DNA of 64,000 nt from Candidatus Shapirobacteria bacterium. Its GTDB lineage: Bacteria > Patescibacteriota > Microgenomatia > UM-FILTER-40-11. Positions 1-10,285 of the stretch are shown piece by piece. The notes below the pieces were generated by a model, which saw nothing but the letters and a program-made list of their open reading frames with translations, was not told the DNA's origin and made no database searches. The position numbers and the translations under genes were made by a program. The stretch lies in the NCBI GenBank assembly GCA_020059745.1, contig JAGVBK010000002.1:104301-168300 (forward strand), given 5' to 3'. Numbering within the stretch: the first letter of the stretch is position 1; each line of letters opens with the position of its first letter.

Positions 1-185
1 ATCGGATATCTTGATTCTGAGGAAATTAAAACTGAATTCATTGTAAGCTGTCAACTATAAAACTTTAGTAATAAAGTGTATCAACCATTTAATTCTTTCA
101 ATTTACAATTATCAATTTTCATTAAATGCTTCATTGAATCAATGTTACATTGAAAATTCATTGTGAATTGAAAATTATTCAATAG

Positions 186-629
186 TTATTGAAGCATTTC
201 TCTCACAATCCTGCCAACCTCGTTTCCTTCTGCCCTACCCTTTACTTTTGCCATTACCATCCCCATTACTTTTCCAAAGTTATTTTTTTCGTTTTCCGGT
301 AAGGTGGAAATTACTTCCTGAACCACATTTCTTAATTCATCTTCAGAAAGCTGTTGGGGCAAAAACTTACTCAAAACCTCAATTTCAGCCCTTTCTTTAC
401 TTGACAATTCCTCGCGTCCTGCTTTTTCGTAAATCTCTGCAGATTCTTTTCTTTGTTTGATTTGCCTCTGTACTACCGCGATAACATCTTCGTCAGTGGC
501 TTCTCTTTGTTTGGCGATTTCCTCGTTCTTAACTGCGGCAAGAAGCATCCTTAAAGCAGATAGCTCCTCTTTTTGTCCTGCTTTTAAGGATTGTTTTATG
601 TTTTCCTCAATTTGGGTTTTTAAAGACAT
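186..629 (-). CDS. GatB/YqeY domain protein
   Basis: 147-aa ORF; the whole length resembles the YqeY/GatB C-terminal-like helical family (KAGxKxxLxxLRxLxAAxKNxEIA..., C-term NFGKVMGxVMxxxKGRA). Confidence 0.75.
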   Translation of the reverse strand: MSLKTQIEENIKQSLKAGQKEELSALRMLLAAVKNEEIAKQREATDEDVIAVVQRQIKQRKESAEIYEKAGREELSSKERAEIEVLSKFLPQQLSEDELRNVVQEVISTLPENEKNNFGKVMGMVMAKVKGRAEGNEVGRIVREMLQ

Positions 630-824
630 TTACTTATTACCTTTCTTAAGCTTTTTCATCTTTTCGTATTTAGCTCTTGAAGGCTTTACGTAAAACTCTC
701 TTTTTTTAAGTTCGCCGATAATGTCATCAGCAAGGACTTTTTTCCTAAATTGGGCAATAAGTTGGTCATCAGTTTGACCTGGTTGTTTTTTGACAATGGT
801 TGCCATGAGTGATTCAAATAACAC
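630..824 (-). CDS. rpsU: 30S ribosomal protein S21
   Basis: 64 aa, very basic. REFYVKPSRAKYEKxKK motif is typical of S21. Immediately upstream of the yqeY-like gene, as in many bacteria. Confidence 0.7.
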   Translation of the reverse strand: MLFESLMATIVKKQPGQTDDQLIAQFRKKVLADDIIGELKKREFYVKPSRAKYEKMKKLKKGNK

Positions 825-830
825 CTCCCC

Positions 831-1835
831 TCAATCTTTTTTATTATTTTTATTTAATATATTTTCTGGCTGTTTCCAGAACCTTTTTTCAGCTTCTTCA
901 ATGGGCATTTCAAGAGAAAAACCGGCTGCTTGTTTGTGGCCGCCGCCTCCAAGTTCAACAGCTATTTGGGAAACATCAAAATCTTTCCTTGAGCGCAAAC
1001 TGCCACGCACCAAACAACCTCCCTCTTCATTAAGTATTATACCAAATTCTGTCCCCCCAACAACAGGGGCAAACAAACTGGCCGCCCCCTCAATTTCAGT
1101 CGGGTCAACTCCCAACTCTTCTCTTTCTTTGGCGCTTATTTTTGACCAAATAAACTTACCGCTTTCGTCTATCTGCATATTGTTCAATATTTTTCCCCAA
1201 TACTTCAAAGTTTTAAAACTGTATGAGCGCAAACTAAACAAAACCGACTCATCAAGGGAAGCGCCTTTTTCAATAAGCTCGGCAGCGGCTAAAAAAGTGC
1301 GGGATGAAGTCATCGGATACTGGAAACCGCCGGTATCGGTCATTATGCCCCTGAAGAGAAGGTCGGCCAGTTTTTCGTTAATCTTTATCCCCCAGTCTTT
1401 ATAAAGCCAAAAAAGAAGCTCTGCCGTTGAGCTAAAAGGATAAACCAGGTTAATGTCTCCATACTTATTATTTGTGATATGGTGGTCAATGTTTATTACT
1501 TTAAATTTATTCGGGAACTCTTTTGGATACGGGCTTCTGGTAATCATTCTTTCCTGGGCACTGTCAAGGGCAATAAAAAGGTCAAAGTCGGAAAAATTTA
1601 TCTTTGAAAAATCAGTAATTTCAATTTTGCTTTCTCCGGCAAAGTCAAGAAGCTTGGGTGGAATTTGGCTAAAAGAAATTATTTTTGTTTCCTTGCCCAT
1701 TGACCTTAAAACTTGATCCATGCTTAAAGTTGAAGTCAAGCTGTCAATATCAGGCGAAACATGCAAGGAAAGAAGGATTTTTTTAGCTTTTTTAATTTCA
1801 GAAAGAACTTTCCTTGACTCTTTTTTTAAAAACAC
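831..1835 (-). CDS. DHH/DHHA1 family phosphoesterase (NrnA-like oligoribonuclease/pAp phosphatase)
   Basis: 334 aa. DHH motif (INIDHH), DxD-containing N-terminus, C-terminal GGGH motif of DHHA1. Confidence 0.75.
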   Translation of the reverse strand: MFLKKESRKVLSEIKKAKKILLSLHVSPDIDSLTSTLSMDQVLRSMGKETKIISFSQIPPKLLDFAGESKIEITDFSKINFSDFDLFIALDSAQERMITRSPYPKEFPNKFKVINIDHHITNNKYGDINLVYPFSSTAELLFWLYKDWGIKINEKLADLLFRGIMTDTGGFQYPMTSSRTFLAAAELIEKGASLDESVLFSLRSYSFKTLKYWGKILNNMQIDESGKFIWSKISAKEREELGVDPTEIEGAASLFAPVVGGTEFGIILNEEGGCLVRGSLRSRKDFDVSQIAVELGGGGHKQAAGFSLEMPIEEAEKRFWKQPENILNKNNKKD

Positions 1836-1856
1836 TTCTCTATTTTACTAAAATCT

Positions 1857-2942
1857 TTAGTTTCTTACCAGTCTGGCAACATCATTTATGGTGATAAGAA
1901 GCATCAAGGCTAGTAAAAGCGCCATGCCAATACTATTAGCCCAGACTTCAATTTTTGGATTAACTTTTTTCCTGAAAATTGCTTCATAACCTAAAAAGAC
2001 AAGTCTGCCGCCGTCTAAGGCCGGAAAAGGCAAAATGTTAATAATGGCAAGATTTACAGAAAGAATGCCCAAAAACTGAAGTAAAGCAAGGAAACCCGCT
2101 TCTTTTACCTGGCCGGTAATCTGGTAAATTCCAACAGGTCCTGCTAAATCTTTACTAGGCGCTTCACCCTTAACCAGCCTAAGAAGAACATTATCTTTTA
2201 GAGAAGTCAGTATCATTTTTCCCCAATTTATTGATTCTTTAAACCCTTCCCTCACACCTAAATAGGGCATTTGCCAGGCTGGATATTTTTTTAATTCCGT
2301 GTCTGAAATCGCTACACCTAAAGGCCCTTCGCCTTCTGGCGGCTCTTTTCTAGGCACTACCCGATAAACCTGGCTTTCATTTTCTCTGGCGACAGTAAGC
2401 TCGACCTCTTCCCCTGCTTTGGCAGTGGTATATTCAACAAAGCTGTCAATTTCGTTAAACTCCCTGCCGTCAACGGAAATGATTTTATCCTCTGGCATAA
2501 GCCCAATTTCGCTGGCCGGAGAACCAGATGATACTGCCAAGATTTTAATCTCTCCTGTTTTAGTCGGAATACCGTAAATAAAATAAAGGATAGAAAAAAC
2601 AACTATCGCCAATAAAACATTCATTGTTACTCCGCCGACAAGAACAGAAAATCTTTTAAAAAGCGACTTTTCAAAAAAGGCTCTACCTTTAGCTTTTTCA
2701 ATTTTCTCGGCTGTTTCTGCCTGCTCGCCATTCTCTCCAAAGAGTCTGACAAAACCGCCAATAGGAAGCGCGTTTATTGAGTAAATTGTTTCACCTACTT
2801 TTTTACCCCAAATTCTTGGAGGCAAGCCAAAACCAAATTCTTCAACTAAAATACCTGCTTTTTTGGCAGCAATAAAATGGCCGAGCTCGTGAATGAAGAC
2901 CAAAACCGACAGAATCAGAATAAAAATTATTAAAGTCATCAA
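1857..2942 (-). CDS. rseP: RIP zinc metalloprotease RseP (site-2 protease, M50) with PDZ domain
   Basis: HELGHF zinc-binding motif at the N-terminal TM, central PDZ-like segment, C-terminal LDGG motif, multi-TM. Confidence 0.85.
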   Translation of the reverse strand: MMTLIIFILILSVLVFIHELGHFIAAKKAGILVEEFGFGLPPRIWGKKVGETIYSINALPIGGFVRLFGENGEQAETAEKIEKAKGRAFFEKSLFKRFSVLVGGVTMNVLLAIVVFSILYFIYGIPTKTGEIKILAVSSGSPASEIGLMPEDKIISVDGREFNEIDSFVEYTTAKAGEEVELTVARENESQVYRVVPRKEPPEGEGPLGVAISDTELKKYPAWQMPYLGVREGFKESINWGKMILTSLKDNVLLRLVKGEAPSKDLAGPVGIYQITGQVKEAGFLALLQFLGILSVNLAIINILPFPALDGGRLVFLGYEAIFRKKVNPKIEVWANSIGMALLLALMLLITINDVARLVRN

Positions 2943-2946
2943 GAAG

Positions 2947-5900
2947 TTAGTATACCCTAATTTTTTCCTGATTCAAAGCAACAATCGCGCTTATGGTTGC
3001 GAGCAGCAAGGTAAAACCAAAATATTGAAGATACTGGGGGATGAAAATCAGAACTACTCTGCTCTCGTTTTCCGAGCCAGGCAACACCCAACCGTTTTCC
3101 CAATTATTGACAAGAACATGATCATTAATCTCCCGGCCAACTAAAGGCAGTAGAAAAGCGGGTCTTTTAATTAAGCTTTCTCCTTCGAAGTAAGCTTTCC
3201 AGCCTTCATGATAAGACTGGGATAAGACAAGAAGGCTTTCCTGCCGTGGGGGGACATCGATTTTATAAAGGCTGGGGTTGGGGTGAGAACTTTCCGCCTT
3301 CATGTATTTAATTGGAGCCAAAGAAACATCTTTTTGGAAACGAATTCCAGAAAGAAAGTAGTATGGAATTGGGTTGATAGTAATCATCCCCAAATCATTG
3401 ACAGATTCATGCCTGCCAATAGAGATATTGTCAAAATGGAGCCGGTAGCCAATGCCTGATTTCTGCATCGGTGGTTGGATAATGAACTTCTCTCCTCCTT
3501 CTTTTTGAAGATAAAATTCCTGGTCTGCCCTTCTTGCACTTTGATTTTCCAGCCAAAAAAGCAGGCTTTTGCCTTTGACATTTTCATTCTCAACTTTAAT
3601 AAGATAGCCGAATTTATGAAGCAAATTCTCAAAACTAAAAGTGGCTGAGCAGTTGGTGGAATTAACGGCGCTAAGCCTTAGAAAGTTATTCCCCTGTTTA
3701 TTTGCAATTTCATTTTTGACTGTACCGAAACTGAATTGATTGCAGTTTTTAGCTTCTAAGCCTCCGGCAGTCGGATTAACTTCACCGCTGAAATAGCCCC
3801 CAACCTTAGGAACAATCACCTCGATATTCCTTCCCTGAACATTTACCTTTGGAATAAGATACTTAACATCGCTAAAGTCCCCGGGGTTTACCCAAATGAG
3901 TTCTCTGCCGTCAAAATCTGGAAGCCTTAGTTCATATGACAAAACCTCTTGAGGCACTTCCTTTGAAAAAATAAAGCTGTCTTTTGTTTCCTTAATATTA
4001 AAATCAAAACCTTCTGTCCCCCTGCCGGTAAAAATGGAACGGAACGGATAGTAGTAGTCCGCTTCTTTTTGCTCTGAATATATCCCCAAATCCAAAAAAG
4101 CCCGGTCATAACTTCCCCACCTGTAAGAAGAAGCCACTTTGGCAGTATCGGTAGAAATAAAGACATAATTTTCTATTGGATAGTCCAGATTAACTTTATA
4201 AAGCAGGATATTGCCAAAAGTTTTTTCAAGGCTGAATTTTGGCGAAGAAAACATCTCTTCAAGCTCGTCAAAACCCAGAGCTTTATAGTTGCCGGTATTG
4301 TAAATGTTTTTATCGACAAGCGCGTATTCTATTTGGTACTTATCAAATATCTTTTCAAATATTTCATTTTTCCTTGAAAAAAGAGCATACGACATTTCCC
4401 AGTAATAGTTCTCGTTTTGGCTGCTCCACATGTCAAAATTACGGTCTAGAATCGGCTGGTTAATACCATACCAAATAAAACCCGAGCCGGTATAATTCCA
4501 ACGGTAAAGACTCCAACCCCAAAAACTTGATTGGGGAAAATCGGCAATTCTCCCGTCTTTACCGCTTTTTTTAAGATAAGAAAAAAGCTCAAAATAGTTT
4601 TCGGGAATGCGGGCTTTTACCCTTGGGTAAAATAATTTACCCTGAAAAACCGGATACAAATAAAACACGGGCAAAAAAGCCAAAAGGACAATGATTAAGA
4701 GGCTCTTTTTTGAGTTTGCCTTTGAACTTAACCAAAAACAAAATGCACCAAAATACAAAGAAAGGCAAAAAGCAAGCAAAGCGGAAAACTTAGTAAAAGG
4801 AAATCTGAACATCTGAGAAAATAGCGGAAGCTTAAAGAAAGCTTTTGACAAAAGCGAAATAACCGGTGTTTCGTTGGCTAAAACTAAAAAAGACAAGAAG
4901 AAAACCGGCAAAAAAGAGATTAATTTTTTAAATTTTAAAAATGAAATTAAAGCGCCTGCCGTTCCTAAGAAAAAAAGCAAAAACCCAAAGAAAGAAATCA
5001 CCGGATTTTCGAGGTGTCCTGTCCAAGGCGCCATTAGATAATTCACTGTTCCGTTCTCACTTGTTTCCGTGGTATCAAACCAAAAACCTTTAAGAAGAAC
5101 GACATTTTTTAGATCCCCGTATTTTTTGTTTTTAAGTAAGTTGTCTTCGGTTGTCATCTGGCTAATTTTTGACTGGACCGTGATATTAACATCCGAAAAG
5201 ACAAAATAAAGATTTGGCAAAAGCCAAAAAGCGTTAGTGATAAAAATAAAAGCAAAAGAAAGCAAAACCCTCTTAAGACTGCCTTTGTTTTGCAAAAGAT
5301 AAACAAAAGAAGCCAAACCCCAAGCCATTAAATAGACCGCAAAAAAGGTGCCTACATATCCCTGTGGCACAGCCAGCAAATTCACCAAAAGAAGAAAAAT
5401 AAGGCTCTTTTTATCCCTTTTCTCCAGGAAATTAAGATTAACTAAAAACAACCAGGGCAAAGAAGCAAAGTGGTGAGAAAAAGCTTCAAAAGGAACATAA
5501 AAAAGCTGAATTGTGGCCAGGTTAAAAAGATAAAAGACAGAGCCGGCCAGAGCGGAAAGTTTTTTCTTACCTTTTCCTGCCAAGAGAAAAGAAAGTAAAA
5601 AGTAAATCCCCAAAGACCCCAGGTAAAGCATTAGAAAGTGGTAAAAATATCTGAGAAACGAACTTGGGAGAAACAAAGAAAAAATCCATAAAATTAGCTG
5701 CCTTGGCAAGTCTGCGGCATGGCCCATGCCACCCATTAAACCCAAGCCCTGATACTCCTGCCAGGAAGCAAAAAATGATCTTTTAAGATTAAGGCCAAAA
5801 TCAAACTCAGGATGAAGGTTATCCCAACCTGAAAGCCATGTTCCGGCATGAGAATTTGCAATGCTTATAGCCAAAAAGACGGCAGTTAAAATCAGCACCG

Positions 5901-5949
5901 GCCAAATGTCAATTACTTTAAGGAAAAATTGTTTAAAAAAGTTTTTCAT
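2947..5949 (-). CDS. large polytopic membrane protein, putative GT-C-type glycosyltransferase (YfhO/arabinosyltransferase-like)
   Basis: 1000 aa. About 15 predicted TM helices in the N-terminal 550 aa, then a long soluble C-terminal domain. Sits with GT4 and GT2 DPM-synthase-like genes. Family assignment is by architecture only. Confidence 0.6.
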   Translation of the reverse strand: MKNFFKQFFLKVIDIWPVLILTAVFLAISIANSHAGTWLSGWDNLHPEFDFGLNLKRSFFASWQEYQGLGLMGGMGHAADLPRQLILWIFSLFLPSSFLRYFYHFLMLYLGSLGIYFLLSFLLAGKGKKKLSALAGSVFYLFNLATIQLFYVPFEAFSHHFASLPWLFLVNLNFLEKRDKKSLIFLLLVNLLAVPQGYVGTFFAVYLMAWGLASFVYLLQNKGSLKRVLLSFAFIFITNAFWLLPNLYFVFSDVNITVQSKISQMTTEDNLLKNKKYGDLKNVVLLKGFWFDTTETSENGTVNYLMAPWTGHLENPVISFFGFLLFFLGTAGALISFLKFKKLISFLPVFFLSFLVLANETPVISLLSKAFFKLPLFSQMFRFPFTKFSALLAFCLSLYFGAFCFWLSSKANSKKSLLIIVLLAFLPVFYLYPVFQGKLFYPRVKARIPENYFELFSYLKKSGKDGRIADFPQSSFWGWSLYRWNYTGSGFIWYGINQPILDRNFDMWSSQNENYYWEMSYALFSRKNEIFEKIFDKYQIEYALVDKNIYNTGNYKALGFDELEEMFSSPKFSLEKTFGNILLYKVNLDYPIENYVFISTDTAKVASSYRWGSYDRAFLDLGIYSEQKEADYYYPFRSIFTGRGTEGFDFNIKETKDSFIFSKEVPQEVLSYELRLPDFDGRELIWVNPGDFSDVKYLIPKVNVQGRNIEVIVPKVGGYFSGEVNPTAGGLEAKNCNQFSFGTVKNEIANKQGNNFLRLSAVNSTNCSATFSFENLLHKFGYLIKVENENVKGKSLLFWLENQSARRADQEFYLQKEGGEKFIIQPPMQKSGIGYRLHFDNISIGRHESVNDLGMITINPIPYYFLSGIRFQKDVSLAPIKYMKAESSHPNPSLYKIDVPPRQESLLVLSQSYHEGWKAYFEGESLIKRPAFLLPLVGREINDHVLVNNWENGWVLPGSENESRVVLIFIPQYLQYFGFTLLLATISAIVALNQEKIRVY

Positions 5950-5959
5950 TTTGTTTAAC

Positions 5960-7240
5960 TTATCCGTTTAACAAATAAGCGTATTTTTCTCCGATTGCCG
6001 ACCAGCTTCTTTTTTCAGACATGATCTTGGAAAACTTTTTCATTTTCCCCTGCAAAACCTTGCTTTCCGACACTTCTTTTAATTTTTTAAACAAATCTTT
6101 TGAATCAAGACTAAAAATAATCTCTTCCATTTTAAGATTACTTTTTTCTAATGCCTCTTTTATGTCCAAAGAAAGGCAGTAAGCGCTTAAAGGCTCAGAA
6201 AACAAAACCGGCTTTTTATAGGAAAAGGCAATGGACAGTGGTCCGCTGCTGCTGACAAATATCCGGTAAGGAAGTATTACTACATCACTTAAGCTAAAAA
6301 AGTCGTTTATATTTTCTTCATTAATAAAGCCGGTTATTTCGATGTTTTTACCTGCTTTTTTAGCGCATTTGTAAATAGCGGCAATGAATTTTTTATAAAC
6401 CCTATCCTCTTCATGAGTTTTTGCCGGACCGCCGGCCATTATGAGTTTGATGTTTGTTTTTTTGTTCTTTGAAAAATAATGGCTTAAGGTTTTAACCAAC
6501 CAGTCCGAACCCTTATACCAAGTCAAAAAACCAAAACAAAGAACCACAAAATCACTCTCTTTAATTCTCATTTCTTTAAGTTTCACTCTTGAAAGAGCTT
6601 CTTTTCTTTTGGAAGTTCTTCCGTTTGGCTCAACTCCTAATGAAATAGTAACCACCTTTGAGCGGTCAGAGGTAAACTGAAGAGCATGGTTCCTTAGTAT
6701 TTCTTCAAAAGCCACTGTTTTATGACTTAGGTTAACTCCAAGAAAGTAAAGTGTTTTTAAAGCCAAGGTGTATGCTTTCGCCCGAAAACTGTCTTTTTTA
6801 ATTCCCAATTGTTCCACTGCTAAATTGGCATCAGTTAAAATGCCGTGAGAAACAAAATAAACTTTTTTTTGCATGAGCCTTAAAAATAAAAGCAGTGCCG
6901 GAACGCCGGCAAGAAGATAGCGTTTATTGCCGAATATCGCCCATTCAAAAGCAAAAAACACTTTTAAACAGTTTCTCTCCTTTAGTATCTCCCGCACAAT
7001 CTGCAAAAAAAGCTTTGGCTTGTTTCTATCCCAAACTCTTTTTACCTTGATTTTGTCTTCAAAGTATTCTTCTTTACCACCGTCAAGCTTGTCCGCCAAA
7101 ACCACAAACTTTAGTTTTTTCTCTTTTTCCATGCTGGAGAGCAGGGTTTTTTTGGAATAAGGAGCAACTGCCGAATAAGGGTGGTTGTGTAAACTTCCTT
7201 TAGGAGGATAAGTGGTAATAACTAGAATTTTTTCTTTCAT
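5960..7240 (-). CDS. GT1/GT4 family glycosyltransferase
   Basis: 426 aa. C-terminal GT-B signature (...KGxDxLVK...IKLIMAGGP...). Part of a glycosylation gene cluster. Confidence 0.7.
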   Translation of the reverse strand: MKEKILVITTYPPKGSLHNHPYSAVAPYSKKTLLSSMEKEKKLKFVVLADKLDGGKEEYFEDKIKVKRVWDRNKPKLFLQIVREILKERNCLKVFFAFEWAIFGNKRYLLAGVPALLLFLRLMQKKVYFVSHGILTDANLAVEQLGIKKDSFRAKAYTLALKTLYFLGVNLSHKTVAFEEILRNHALQFTSDRSKVVTISLGVEPNGRTSKRKEALSRVKLKEMRIKESDFVVLCFGFLTWYKGSDWLVKTLSHYFSKNKKTNIKLIMAGGPAKTHEEDRVYKKFIAAIYKCAKKAGKNIEITGFINEENINDFFSLSDVVILPYRIFVSSSGPLSIAFSYKKPVLFSEPLSAYCLSLDIKEALEKSNLKMEEIIFSLDSKDLFKKLKEVSESKVLQGKMKKFSKIMSEKRSWSAIGEKYAYLLNG

Positions 7241-7255
7241 AGGGCAGAAAAGAAA

Positions 7256-8062
7256 TTAATATTCGAAAACTTTTTTAAAAGAAGAAACCACTACCTTTCT
7301 GAATTGTGGCCTTATCTGATAAATATTCTTTAGATCATTAACTTTAATGGCAAACATTTCTTTGAAAGCTCTCAAAATATCCCTTACCAGGTTAACTTTA
7401 CTTGACTTACTTATATGTTTCCAAGTAACAGGCAGCTCGACAATTCTGTAATTAAGCTTGTTGCTGACATAAATTACTTCCGGATCCAGCCCCCATCTTT
7501 CTTGAGTCAATCTGGGAAAAACATCGCGACAGACTTGGTAAGAAAAAACCTTAAAGCCGCCGGTAAAATCAGCAATTTTAATTCCTAAAACAGTTTGGAG
7601 AATTTTACTGTGAACCGTGCCGATTATTTCCCTAACCATACTTCTTTTAACCAAGGAAATAGTTTGGGGAAGCTTTTTGCTGCCTACTAAAACTTCATAA
7701 CCTTTATGCATAAAGAGAGAAAATTCTTTAAGGTTTTCAAGAGGAATTGACATGTCGCCGTCTAAAAACATGCCAAAATCAGTATTTACCTCTTTTACTC
7801 CCTGCATGACCGCATATCCCCGGCCTTTGTTTAAGGGATAGGAAATAAGGAAAATTTCCGTTTGGTCAATAATATTTCCGGAGTACTGTCTTTGGAAATT
7901 TTTCAGTAAAGAAAGAGTTTTGTCTTTACTGCCGTCATCAACAAAAATAAGTTTTTCAATCTTAATGCTTTTTGGGCTTTTGTAATTGACAAGATAACCC
8001 AAAGTTTTTTTAAGCCTTTTTTCTTCATTATAGAGAGGGACAATGACAGTTAATGTTTTCAT
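7256..8062 (-). CDS. GT2 family glycosyltransferase (dolichyl/polyprenyl-phosphate sugar synthase-like)
   Basis: VIVPLYNEE...VDDGSKD...DGD motifs are typical of GT2 DPM/DPG synthases. Confidence 0.8.
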   Translation of the reverse strand: MKTLTVIVPLYNEEKRLKKTLGYLVNYKSPKSIKIEKLIFVDDGSKDKTLSLLKNFQRQYSGNIIDQTEIFLISYPLNKGRGYAVMQGVKEVNTDFGMFLDGDMSIPLENLKEFSLFMHKGYEVLVGSKKLPQTISLVKRSMVREIIGTVHSKILQTVLGIKIADFTGGFKVFSYQVCRDVFPRLTQERWGLDPEVIYVSNKLNYRIVELPVTWKHISKSSKVNLVRDILRAFKEMFAIKVNDLKNIYQIRPQFRKVVVSSFKKVFEY

Positions 8063-8063
8063 C

Positions 8064-8348
8064 TTAAAACCCCTTTTCTTTCATGCACCTTTGGTATGAG
8101 TCCCAATCAGGGACACGGGCGCTGCTGCCGCCCTCAGGGTTCTCATAAGTATTGACGCCCACTGTCATACACCCCTGAACAGCATTGTTTTTTATCATTC
8201 TTTCCGATTGCCTGTATCCCAAAACCACCGCTCCAATAAGGGCGGCGCCGATTAAGATAGTTCCGATATCTTTTCTCATTTTTTCACCGATAAAAGCATA
8301 AAATAAATTTTTATACTTTAGTCGATGCGTAACCCGAAGAGTGTTCAT
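8064..8348 (-). CDS. small membrane/secreted hypothetical protein
   Basis: 94-aa ORF. One TM helix (ILIGAALIGAVVLG). Real start is possibly the internal MRKD. GC content is intermediate, at the edge of the GC-rich island. Confidence 0.4.
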   Translation of the reverse strand: MNTLRVTHRLKYKNLFYAFIGEKMRKDIGTILIGAALIGAVVLGYRQSERMIKNNAVQGCMTVGVNTYENPEGGSSARVPDWDSYQRCMKEKGF

Positions 8349-8403
8349 TTACCTTATGAAGGTAAACTACTAACCCTCCGGGTTACGCGATCGGCATGCA
8401 ATG

Positions 8404-9549
8404 CTACTTGACAAGTCCCAGATACTGCTCCCGCCAGAATGTGGCTGCAATAGCCATTCCTTCCCACCCTACGGGAATTCTGGCTTTGGGATAGCTTGGG
8501 ATCAATATCAAGTTTGGGTCGGTCGGCACCTCCAGACGCTCTCCGTCGAACGGAAATTCGAACGGATTCCTGATGAAAAACGCGTCTTGGGGAGGTGCCT
8601 GCCAGTTGCCGTTGCCCAGATCGACGAGCCTGACACTCGGTGCAAGGCCGAATGTTGAGCGGATCCACGCTTCGTTCACCTGTGAAGGCGAAAAAGCGGG
8701 GGTCGCACTGGGAACGACGGGCGTTGGGGCAGCTAGCGGAACTGGTGTCTGAGTTGGCACAACTTGGGCTACCAAAGTAGCTGTCGGCTGTACCAAACTT
8801 GAGACCTGACCGATTTGACCAACTGAGGTCACAGGGATCACGCCAGTGATCCTGTGATACTCGTCAATACTGAAAGGCCTGAACGTGATCCCCTGTACAG
8901 GACCACACCAACCAGCAGGAATTCCTGACCCAACTGCTTCTGGGGGAAAACCCTCTTCTAGGGTCCTCCCGTGCAACTCCCGCTGTCTGCGGTCCGCCAT
9001 CCAGCCATCTTGCCGGAAAGGAGTGAAGTTACAAACCTCAATGGAAACAATATTCCCAAAGAGGTCTTTCTCCTCCGGCACCTTCCAGCTCCATGGCTCA
9101 CCCCTAGCCCTGCTAACCTCGCTGGGCTCAATGGACGGCTGAGCCTGTCTCCTTGTTGCAAGGATAACAAACTCATCCACTGACCTTGGCCAATCCTCCA
9201 TGACCTCAAGGCCTAGAACCCTGATGTCGTCCAGAGTCTGACCGCCAGTCAGAGTAAGCCCGAAAGCCTGAACCCTAGGTGACGGTGCCATTGCAACCGT
9301 CGGTTCGGATTGAACAGCCTCCTGACCGGGAGTCGGAGTCACAAGGACCTCAACAACCCGAGTCACTTCGACCGGAACCTCCTTCTCGACAACGACGGTC
9401 TCCTTGACCACCTGAGGGACGACCCTGGTGACCTCGACCGGGACCGTCTCCTTGACGATCTCGGGCGTTGGTGTCAGAGCACTTTCCCTGAGCGCACAAC
9501 CCGTGATCATCACGATAGCCACCATTACAACCAGGAATATCATCTTCAT
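8404..9549 (-). CDS. lipoprotein, hypothetical (GC-rich island)
   Basis: 381 aa. Signal peptide with lipobox-like ITGC. Tandem VKETVPVEVTRVV/KEVPVEVTRVVEV repeats and Pro/Thr-rich linkers. Region is about 57% GC. Confidence 0.6.
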   Translation of the reverse strand: MKMIFLVVMVAIVMITGCALRESALTPTPEIVKETVPVEVTRVVPQVVKETVVVEKEVPVEVTRVVEVLVTPTPGQEAVQSEPTVAMAPSPRVQAFGLTLTGGQTLDDIRVLGLEVMEDWPRSVDEFVILATRRQAQPSIEPSEVSRARGEPWSWKVPEEKDLFGNIVSIEVCNFTPFRQDGWMADRRQRELHGRTLEEGFPPEAVGSGIPAGWCGPVQGITFRPFSIDEYHRITGVIPVTSVGQIGQVSSLVQPTATLVAQVVPTQTPVPLAAPTPVVPSATPAFSPSQVNEAWIRSTFGLAPSVRLVDLGNGNWQAPPQDAFFIRNPFEFPFDGERLEVPTDPNLILIPSYPKARIPVGWEGMAIAATFWREQYLGLVK

Positions 9550-9559
9550 CTCAACCCTC

Positions 9560-10156
9560 CTAATCCCTCTGATGTCTCCGAAGAAACCCTGGAATGTCCA
9601 ACTCCGAACCGGGCGGATCCAGAGGATTTTCAGGCGTCTGCCTTTCCTCTTTCATCTCCGCCGCCCTGAAATTCAACCGTTCCAATTCCTCGATAAGCTC
9701 CTCCCTTTTCTCGTTCAGCTTCTTGATCTCATTTCTCGCCTGCTCGAGTTGAACTCTTTTTTCGCCAACGACACTAGTCAACTCTGCCACAGTCTTCTGT
9801 AGTTCGAGAACTTCTCCGTACAACTCATTTTTTCGACGCTGGCCTTCCTCAATCTTCTCGTCTGTTGTTGAGGCAACTTCCTCTTTCCTCCCTCTCACGT
9901 TCAAGATTATGGAAAGAACGAAAAGCAAAACCCCAACGACCAGGAGAATCCAGACCCAAGGCTCAAAAATCGCGAAAAAGTCGACGAGGACAAGCCCAAC
10001 AACAATATTTACCAGGCTCACCCCCAAAAACACAGTACCAACAATAAGTAAGACCAACACCAGGCGCTTCATGTCTTCTTCTCCTTTGCATGCCGATGTC
10101 AAAGAACTACTTTTGGCTCCTTCCAAGAACCGCAATTGGTCCTCTTTCTGGGCCAA
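9560..10156 (-). CDS. membrane protein with coiled-coil, hypothetical (GC-rich island)
   Basis: 198-aa ORF. The likely start is the internal MKRLV at about 10072. Two TM helices followed by a charged coiled-coil (EELIEELERL). Confidence 0.5.
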   Translation of the reverse strand: MAQKEDQLRFLEGAKSSSLTSACKGEEDMKRLVLVLLIVGTVFLGVSLVNIVVGLVLVDFFAIFEPWVWILLVVGVLLFVLSIILNVRGRKEEVASTTDEKIEEGQRRKNELYGEVLELQKTVAELTSVVGEKRVQLEQARNEIKKLNEKREELIEELERLNFRAAEMKEERQTPENPLDPPGSELDIPGFLRRHQRD

Positions 10157-10285
10157 AAGACCGATTTTTCAAAATCGGAATAATACCCACTATTAATGAA
10201 CATCTTTCCGACTTCAAAAGACAACCAGCCGGAGAGAGAAAGATACGCTTGCGCGTAAACAAACTCTCTCCGGCGAGATGCCATC

